20,000 bases of DNA from Cirrosporium novae-zelandiae (lineage: Eukaryota), in contig JAPETS010000028.1 in assembly GCA_026023565.1 (NCBI GenBank), positions 433,650-453,649 of the forward strand, written 5' to 3'. Shown here piece by piece: positions 11,989-20,000 of the stretch. Every line of letters starts with the position of its first letter. Within the stretch, counting starts at the first letter, position 1. Made by a program: the position numbers and the translations under genes. The notes under the pieces are model-generated. The model was not told the DNA's origin. It saw only the letters and a program-made list of their open reading frames with translations, and did not search any database.

Positions 11989-12629
11989 CAAGAACATCAT
12001 TCCTTGTCTAGACACTTCATCAATTGTCGTTGTGAAGATATGAAGGGATTCACTTGGCTATATAACAAGTTGACATTTTACAATACAACAATTACTGGTA
12101 AAAAATAAAAAGACTCAATGTAAATTATCACAATTGTACAGGTTATTAATTTCATGTATTATATATCATGTGAAAGTACCAGGAACCCATCGGTGACAAC
12201 CTTGGAATTTCCAATCTCTCCAATCAGGTCCTAGTGCCTGGCGTGCTGGAAGACGATCACGGCGACGTCATTCCTACCCAGCCTACGATCATCTGATACG
12301 ACATGCCCTGAAAAACTCAATTACATATAGATATCCAAACTTCTACATGTACTATTTCTCTATTCTCATCTTCTAGAATACATATAAATTGATATATATA
12401 TATATAAGGGTCATAAGAAACGAGTCATAAGTTATGTTCATCTCACAAGTTTATAAAAAAGCGAATTACATGAGGCCATTGCAACCATGCTTCATTTACG
12501 CACGTCTGAAGGAACAATAAAAAATAGATATCTTAAGAGTTGCCAAGGTAAAAATGTAAGGGAATCGAAGTTGACATATACGTGCGCATGTTATAATCAA
12601 ACAAACCATCGATTTCAAGGGAGCAATAA

Positions 12630-13955
12630 TCAAGAGCTCCCAACAATAGCGTTCCAGTTGATTATCCCACTAACACAGTTAGTAGTTATCGTTGGACCTG
12701 TAGTTGATGAGATTATTTGCCCATTGCGTGTCATGGTAAATTTCACTACACCCGTGCCCAATGATGATGTGTCATATGGCACACTGAAATGATTCACGCC
12801 TACGGTTGTTGCACTCAAGGTGGTGACAACACTACCGATTTGGACCGTGATTGTTGCTGGGAATGAGAGAAGAGCGCTGAGGAAAACTTTGTTGGTTGCA
12901 ACAAGAGCTGGATTGGTTGTAGGTTGCCAGGGGGCGTTTCCAGTAGTACCAGGTGAACAACCGCTGGCGTCGTTAGGATTAATTCGATACCAGTAGATGA
13001 GTTTTTCCTGGGTGACGCTGGGTATAGTGGTGTTGTTGGATTTATAGGCTGCAATATAATAAGGGAGTACATCTCGCCAGTGGTCATGAACCATGTTATT
13101 GACATATTTGGTAGCCTCTGCAACGACAGCGCTTTCGTAAATGGGGCCAATATAGTGACTCTCACCAAAGTCATTCCAGGACAGGATTTGAACAAATTCG
13201 GGTTGTAATTCAATAACCTGTTGCCAGCGTTGGTGCCAGAGGGAGTCACCACGCCAAGTCCAGTTCTTGCCATACGCAGGAAGGTTGGTGTAAAACCAAG
13301 GGGAGACGGGCATCATATAGGGCTTTGTGCCAAGAATATTTCTATAGGCAACATCCACATCGGTAGTTTTGTCTGCTGCACCCACGGGCCATGCATCCCA
13401 AGAGAGAGCGCCATCGACCAAGGAAACAGGGTAAGCAGGCGTAGGCCCAATAGAACTCCAATCCGGTATAAAAAAGCAGTTAGTTGAAGCTCTGATAGTG
13501 GCCCAGTCGCCTTGGTTGGCAGGACCCTCAAAAGTAGAAACGAGGGGTTTTCCACTAACTCGGTACTGGGAGGAATAGAAATTGTAGGTATTGATTATGG
13601 TAATGGCGTCGCTTTGAGAGAACGTATGTGCTGCATAATCAAAGGATATAAACATCTTGAATTCACCAACTTCTATAGCAGCTGTGTAGGCATTCACAAG
13701 TGATCCTGCCGTATAAGGGTCACCGCCAATATTTAAAGCAAAGCCATCAATACCAGCAGCTTTGGCGAGGGTAATGTCATTCTTCCAATCATTATATGCC
13801 ATGGAAGCGGTATTACCAACCTGCAATTTGGTTAATCATTGAACTTTGATATTTCATTGGACAATAGGGACGAACAAAAGCATTATACTTACAATCATGT
13901 GAGCAAAGACCGTCTTTGTGGCTGTGCCGGAAGCACTGCTTGATGTAGAGCTCAT
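12630..13955 (-). CDS. Glycoside hydrolase family 71 alpha-1,3-glucanase (mutanase); exons 13955-13893 and 13820-12630; ~417 aa, no signal peptide in this model
   Basis: Intron 13892-13821 (GTAAGT..CAG) gives KTVFAHMI|VGNT. GH71 motifs: GIDGFALN, FISFDY, KPLVSTFEGP, FIPDWSS, SWDAWP, YMMPVSPWFYTNLP, WNDFGESHYIGP. The family call is firm; the start codon is inferred. Confidence 0.88.
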
Positions 13956-15123
13956 TGTGAAACTTGTCGTAGAACTCGATGTTGGGCTGGTGGTTGAAGA
14001 CGAGGTAGACGAGGCGGTAGATGAAGAACTGGATGAAACACTTGAAATGATTTATGTGGAGCTAATAGTCGACGATGTTATTGAAAAGGTGCTCGAAGAA
14101 GTACTTGATATAGTCAGATTTGAACTAGTGATGGTGCTGGTAGTGGAAATCGAGGAGGTAGTTGACGAAGTGCTCGAAGTTGAGATACCCGTAGAGTTTG
14201 TGCTAGATACTACGCTATTTGTGGAACTTGTTGTAGCTGTAGTGCCTAAAGGCGGGCTGCTGCATGAGGCGAAGAGATGCTTGATATCGAACTGCTGCCG
14301 GTACTAGAAGTGGAGGTGGATGCTGGACTTATGATAAAGCTGGTACTAGACCTTACACTTGCACTTGCACTAGTGCTTGTACTAGTACTTGTACTAACGC
14401 TCGCACTTGAGATCGAACTGGTGGTGACCAAGCTAATAGAAATTGACGTAGAGTTTGCAGAACTTGGAGTACGTGTGGAGCTTGATGTGGAACTCGTAGA
14501 GGTTTTAGAACTTGATGCAGAGATTGACCTCGTGCTGCTAGATGTGGAGCTGCTAAGCGTGACGGTTCTTGACGTGGCGGTGCTTGACGTGGCGATGCTT
14601 GACGTGGCGGTGCTAGTTGAGCTAGTTGTCTAATGGGGTGGAACATTTATAGTAGACCTTTGAGGGAAACAATAACTATAACTAGTAGTAGTGACAGTAA
14701 CTGTTCCTGCAATGGTTATATATACTCCAGATTGATAGGCTACTGTCGTGCTTGATCTTGTGATTGTTGTTGGAGCCGTCGGGGTCATGGTTGTGGTAGA
14801 AAATGTATTAAGTTCCAGGAGTAGGACGGACGCAATATTTAGGGCAGAGATCAAATGACCTGTGCTTCGCTTTGCAACTACTACATTTTTGGTAGTAGCG
14901 GGTATTGAGTTAGATTGAACCACTGTAGTATTTATCATCAGTTTTCTGGCTAATGGACGTGTATTTGTAGCAATAACATATAGGTTGGTTCTGCCCAGTA
15001 TGTCGTCAGATAAGCTGCGCAGCCACATATGCCAAGTACATCTCATCTTTCTAGCTGGGGGGCGACAGAGATAAGGGTAGCGGATAACGCTGCTAGAAGG
15101 AAGGAAAGTATGGTTGCTTTCGT
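13956..15123 (-). pseudogene. Decayed 5' part of the GH71 gene: relic signal peptide, pro-site and Ser/Thr-rich stalk
   Basis: Reconstructed reading: (ACG)KATILSFLLAALSATLISVAPQLER*DVLGICGCAAYLTTYWAEPTY / VIATNT...VPPH*TTSSTSTATSS...SISS / ASCSSPPLGTT...ISST*IISSVSS...MSSTSSSASGTATKTVFAH. Lesions: ACG 15123-15121, TGA 15045-15043, frameshift ~14978, TAG 14632-14630, frameshift ~14270, TAA 14054-14052. Confidence 0.75.
14568..14612. repeat. 15-bp tandem repeat (CTTGACGTGGCGRTG)x3 encoding (T/I)ATSS-like units on the minus strand
   Basis: Units start at 14568, 14583 and 14598, inside the Ser/Thr-rich relic. Confidence 0.85.
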
Positions 15124-16546
15124 CGTAAGATATCCGTACTTTGATAAAGCTATTGTCTCTATTAGAAATTAAACCACTTCGACTGTATCCTTACAGCCAG
15201 AAAAAAAAGAATGAAATCAAGTTGGTTGAGCTGGGTCGTTTGAAAAGCATGGCAACACAGCACTGCTTGAAAGGAATGACAATATTACAATAAAGACAGC
15301 CCGCTCTGAATTTTCAAAATCCAGAGTAAACGGCACACAATAAAGGAGAGTGGCTTAAGGGATCATATATCGATGGAAGCAAGGACAGGAGTTTGTCCGA
15401 CCTATCAAATCACAATCGAACCGGTTTCTGTAGCACCTCTTTCACTAGAATCCTAGATATTCTTCTTCAATAGCCCAAAGTTGATGCACAACAACCAAGC
15501 TTGAAGCCGAAAAAGACCGGATCCATGTGGTGCTGGATACATTTCTACAGGAACACAAGCTCTAACAGAGCCAAATTCCACTAGCGATGATTAGCTTCAT
15601 CCTTTTAATAGGGACATAGAAGAGAAGAATGGGCATGAAGATGATTAGATGTGATGTCTTGTAGTAGAGAATATAGTGCTGTGAACCTTTATAGTGAAGA
15701 TTAAGTGAAGGTTAAAGTCAATTATGTAGATACAGCGCCCTTAGCCTCGCCCAACCCTGATATCCAAGCCTCTAAGCGAGCTCCTTGAGCTTTGATATTA
15801 TTCTCGCCTTACCACAATATATTTTTTCTAATTTTTCAGATTACTTTACCCACCTATCTTATAAGTACGTAGGTAGTGTTGGAGAGACCGATACCTCCAG
15901 TATTTACCAACCCCCATGCATAGCAGGTTACTTGTAACTAGAGTAGATGAAACAGCGTCGAAATATAAATGATAGAACACGTAAAGCTCCTCCACCTCGA
16001 ACTTCACTATTATATTAAATACTCTTCCCTCAACATATCCTATGTCTCATTAACGTTCATTATCAGATCCCGGTGCATTGACTGTCAGCATGCCTATGTT
16101 TTACTTTTTGTAATTCGGGGTGTAAAAAGTTGTGAAGGAATAAATTGTTAATACTGTACGGGTATTGTACTGAAGTAGCCAATTTGTATATTCGCCACCT
16201 AATGTATTTTTTGGTTCCTGAGTTCCTAGTAATCAAGTGCGGATTTCAGTGCTTAATAGGCACCTCAGCGTTCAGTCAGGAGCACGAGGGGTATTGAAAG
16301 TATTGAAGAGAAGATCATTTCCCATTTAGCTCTAGACCAAACTAAAAATCACAATATTACAAAACCCGGAAACTCCCCAAACCTCAACACCACAAAAATT
16401 CTCTTATTACCATAAAGTTTATACCAATAGACTTTAGGCAGTTATTGTCGAGTCGGTCTACAATAGACCGCCTGCTTGTCCTAGTCCATTCCTTTCACTG
16501 GCTGCTATTCTGTCATACTTCCTCCCGCTGGCTACATTGTGGAAGC

Positions 16547-17190
16547 CTACTTTTCCATTAAGAAACAGACAACAGATAAAGTGATGGGGAAAAGACTGCG
16601 GGTGTGACCATCGGGGTCGCGTCCGAGCAGAATGAGGTCAAATATGGAGAGCCTGACACTATCCTTTGCAGCAAAAGTTTTCATCAACTCCTCTTGATAT
16701 AGATCAGCCATCTCTTGGATATCATCAAAGTATTTTATATCAACAGGATGAACTGATGGTTTTCCCACTTTTGCAGATATCTTGTAGGGGAGCTCATGTT
16801 ACAGGATGGAACAGCAAGGGGCGAATATTCTAGAGACTGAGATGGTGGTTCCCTCATCGTATTTAGGGGATGATAGTATTCCTGTGTTAGGGATACTGGT
16901 GTATAGGCTGTGTTGTTGTGCATTGCTGGGGAGGGATTGAGGTGAATGAGATGTAGGGTGTGCGGGTTTGGTAGTTGGAGGAAGACATATGGCGGGTTGG
17001 GAGGATAGGTGTTGTTGTTATGGGTTGATGGTAGTTTTGCAGCTCTTTCAGAAGTTTATGATTGCTGGTAGGATGGTCTAAAGGGACGTCGCGCTCGTCT
17101 GCGAAGAAAATCTCCCATTTGTTAAAGTGTATCACGTCATCGGACCCTTTACTGGGAGTGAGGAGGGCTTTTGCCAATGTGTGAGGCAGG
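16547..17190 (-). pseudogene. pgl: 6-phosphogluconolactonase (Sol3/Pgl-like) pseudogene fragment interrupted by an insertion
   Basis: LPHTLAKALL...WEIFFADERDVPLDHPTSNHKLLKEL and GKPSVHPVD...DSVRLSIFDLILLGRDPDGHTRSLFP match the 6PGL motifs FFADER.VP.DH..SN and FDL.LLG.G.DGHT.SLFP. No N-terminus is recognisable, a TAG follows soon after SLFP, and a 245-bp insertion splits the two halves. Confidence 0.85.
16797..17041. mobile_element. Probable solo LTR (245 bp, TGTTACA...TTGCA) with 5-bp target-site duplication
   Basis: Starts TG at 16797 and ends CA at 17041. Flanks are GCTCA (16792-16796) and GCTCT (17042-17046). Removing the insert and one flank (250 bp) restores the 6PGL frame (LLKELPYKISAKVGKP). 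Confidence 0.72.
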
Positions 17191-18399
17191 GTCTATCGTG
17201 TTCCGTGAAAGATTGAATGGTACTTGGTCGGTCATAAAGGCGTTACTGATAGGAGGGTCTAAAGGGTTTGAACCAAAGATAAAAGTAGAAAGTGGTTTGA
17301 GCTAGAAAAGGTAGTTGTAAGGGTGACTTTCAAAAGGAGGTTCTCAATACCAACTTAAGTACCAAGCCACTCACTCTATGTCAGGATAATCTAGCTGTTA
17401 TATAAGCTATGTTATCATAGCCTTCAACCCGTTCTAGGTGTGAGTCTCCGTTCGCAACTTCCATTCCCAGACTCGTCCCCAGTAGTCAGAACTCGTGAAG
17501 ACCTCATGCAAAATCTTCGGAATGGCCGTGGTGTATCCCAAGTTCGAGCCAAGTTCACAACAAAGAATGGTAATTTCTCATACCAGCTTAGCAGCTCTGG
17601 CAGCCTCTACCCATACCGAGGTCGAGGACCTACGTGGATCGCAGCAACTTACACCCTGGTTAGAACACTTAAGTTCGAAAGTTTTGGTGCTTTTTGAATG
17701 AATAAAAGAGAGCTGATAATAGTCTTCTTAGAAAAGAATTGTAATATAAGACCAGTGAGGTCATGCTACCATTTGTTGGGGAAATGCACTGGTGTGACAT
17801 TAATATAGATTTCTAGCAGTAGAAGAAGTACTTATATACCCCACCAGGGGGCCCGTGCTTAATGCAAATGGAGTAAACTAGCTATTCAGGTAACCACGAT
17901 GTAATTCTATAATATCAAGTGAGCAATATTGCCTTATGGCGTAGCATGGTGTGAATTTTCACAGGTGTTATAATGTTGCCCTACTATAAATAATCAGGGC
18001 GAAGTCAATGAGGATGATAAAAAAGGAAAATTGCAGCTAGACGATGAACTCGATACATGTTTAAGGACAGTTAAAAGACTTCTTCCTCTGAAACATCGGA
18101 CGAGGCAGATATCGACAAGGAGCATAATAGGCAACGGTGAAAAGGCCGAAGTCCACGAGAATCCTCAAAGAAATTAATATTATTGGAGTTGTTGAGAATT
18201 GCTGATGATTATTTATACAAACCCCCACACGAGCTGACCTCTTTCTCATCCGACTTCTCTCTCACAGGGACGTTATATTTCTTATACAATAACAATATCA
18301 TCAATATAGACTAAGAAATTCAACACCTCAGAGTCCATGTGTTAAGGCATACCAAACTGTCCGCAACGCATCATACCAATCAGTCCCTTATAGAAAAAA

Positions 18400-20000
18400 C
18401 CCTTACCTGAATATGACCACCCAAATCAAGGTTCAACTTATTACATCTACCTAAAGGCGCAAAAGCGCCCCAAAACCATTAAAAATCCAATACACAATCT
18501 CAATACCAACATATAACCCACCCCCGTCACCTATCTAGCCATCCACACCACACCACCATAACCCCCCCACACGTACCACAGTATAATTTAAGCCCCACCC
18601 GAAACAAACAAGCGAACAACAACAACAACACCATCCCTTCCTTCGCCCCGGGAATCTTCGCCCCGGGAATTCCCATTCCTACCAAGATCTCAGATCTTGC
18701 TCGGCACACCCGGCACTCTCGGCAAAACCAGGCCTCGCTCGGAAAACCGATCCGACGGGGTCCCAGCCCTACGGGCTCGCCCCACACATACACACAAAAT
18801 ACAGTCCGGATAAAGTTTCCCAACCCGAGTCTTCAAGGCGACTTCGGACCCTTAACGTTAGTCCTGTAAACTGACCTTTCACCAAAAGTCGGTTTGCTCG
18901 ACCACCTCTTAGATAATTATGCCAAGGGACCAACCAACCTCCTGGTCAATTATGTTAAAAAAAATCGGGGGGTTTTGTTTTGTTTTTTCTCAACCTTAAC
19001 TAAGGAAAAATTTCCGATTTTTTGATTTTAGGCTATTATTACTGTGTATGAAAAGGGTTTTTTTTTTGGGAAGGTGGTACGGTACCACGAAACGGGCACG
19101 AACATAGCTGGTAGACATGGGCATGGGTAAGGGAAGGAAGTTGATGGATGATATTGGTATTGGGGTGGTGGTGATGAATTATGGATTGCCGGTATGTATA
19201 TTTTTCTTCTTTTCTTTTCTTTTCGTTATTCATTTGTCCTTTTTTTTTCTACAGACCTGGGCAGACCATTTGAAGTCTTACAAGGAATACACAACTACAA
19301 CGATTATAGACGACACACCCTCGATACATCCAACCATCCAACCATCTATCAAAAGAAAAAAAAATGAACCAACCAACGAACCAACCAACGAACCATTAAC
19401 AACGACAATGATAATGTTACACACGAAAGCCGATCCCTTCCCTCCTTCTGCCGTTTCTCACCCACCTCACATAATCTCACCTAATCTCACTCGCTTGCTC
19501 CCCTCATATTGTACCTTCCCTCTTTCCCCCATATCCCATATCTCCACAAACCAGCTTTAAGCCATGATGATGATCGCTAGCGATTGCACTATTCACAACA
19601 ATAATGATAGCAATACCACGCCCTTCCCAAAAAAAGAAAGAAAGAAAAACTTCTCTCTTTCTCTCTCTCTCTACTTTCCACTCCAGAAGATTCTTAAGAA
19701 ACAAACACATAGTATATTATTAAAAAAATACTACTTTTCATGTCGTCTCTTTTTCTTTCTTTTTTCTTTTCTTTCTCTTATTCTATTTTGGTCTGTCTAG
19801 CTTCATTTCACCTAACTAACTAGCTATAACACTATCTCTTTTTTGGTTTTGGTATTTTGTACATGTCGGGGGTAGGGGGGGGGGGGTAATATCTATCCCT
19901 TTAGTTCTGTTCTGTTCTGTCGTACCTTTGGTTGACTGACTGCCTGACAGTCTGATCAGCTTTCATCAGCTTTCATCAGTGCATCTGTCTGTTTGTCTGT
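18400..20000. other. Low-complexity non-coding region, possibly the promoter/5'UTR of a gene beyond the window end
   Basis: (AAC)n, (GAACCAACCAAC)x2, (GTTCT)n, (ATCAGCTTTC)x2 and pyrimidine tracts. No credible protein-coding frame. Confidence 0.5.
18641..18670. repeat. Perfect 15-bp tandem duplication (CTTCGCCCCGGGAAT)x2
   Basis: Read directly at 18641-18655 and 18656-18670. Confidence 0.9.

Noticed and set aside
12169..12447. TGTGA...TCACA-bounded segment resembling a solo LTR
   Set aside because: The flanks TATCA and AGTTT are not a target-site duplication, and the terminal match is only 5 bp.
14052..14356. Possible intron from GTAAGG (14356, minus strand) removing the stalk lesions
   Set aside because: The nearest CTGAC branch site (~14115) implies an acceptor before the TAA at 14054, and the four more upstream lesions would remain.
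13918..14633. Plus-strand V/E/L/D-rich ORFs (13918-14307, 14277-14633)
   Set aside because: They are the antisense shadow of Ser/Thr codons on the minus strand.
17440..17701. Two overlapping plus-strand ORFs (85 and 68 aa)
   Set aside because: They have GTG starts and no recognisable motif, so they cannot be supported as genes.
19117..19560. 147-aa ORF containing an intron-like GTATGT...pyrimidine tract...CAG (19192-19254)
   Set aside because: The translation is low-complexity, there is no canonical CTRAY branch site and no recognisable domain.
1..20000. tRNA, rRNA, snoRNA, telomeric repeat or CRISPR array
   Set aside because: By eye I found no cloverleaf or T-loop signature, rRNA signature, TTAGGG array or regularly spaced repeat-spacer pattern. 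A covariance-model search (Infernal/tRNAscan-SE) would be needed to exclude small ncRNAs.

Overview
Intron-rich genomic DNA from a filamentous ascomycete. The 50-80 nt GT-AG introns with CTRAY branch sites are seen directly; the Leotiomycete/Sclerotiniaceae-like character is my inference. Four intact housekeeping genes splice into complete frames: a Yck1/2-type casein kinase I (+), a TatD nuclease (-), an Mtr-like amino-acid permease (-) and mitochondrial glycerol-3-phosphate dehydrogenase GUT2 (-). A GH71 alpha-1,3-glucanase (-) follows. Its catalytic exon is fully open, but the upstream ~1.2 kb (relic signal peptide, pro-site and Ser/Thr-rich stalk) carries six apparent lesions, and an in-frame ATG in good context lies just before the catalytic domain. 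This suggests a secreted enzyme converted to a leaderless one. Further on, a truncated 6-phosphogluconolactonase pseudogene is split by a 245-bp TG...CA insert with a near-perfect 5-bp target-site duplication, probably a solo LTR. The rest is low-complexity intergenic DNA. No RNA genes or CRISPR arrays were found.
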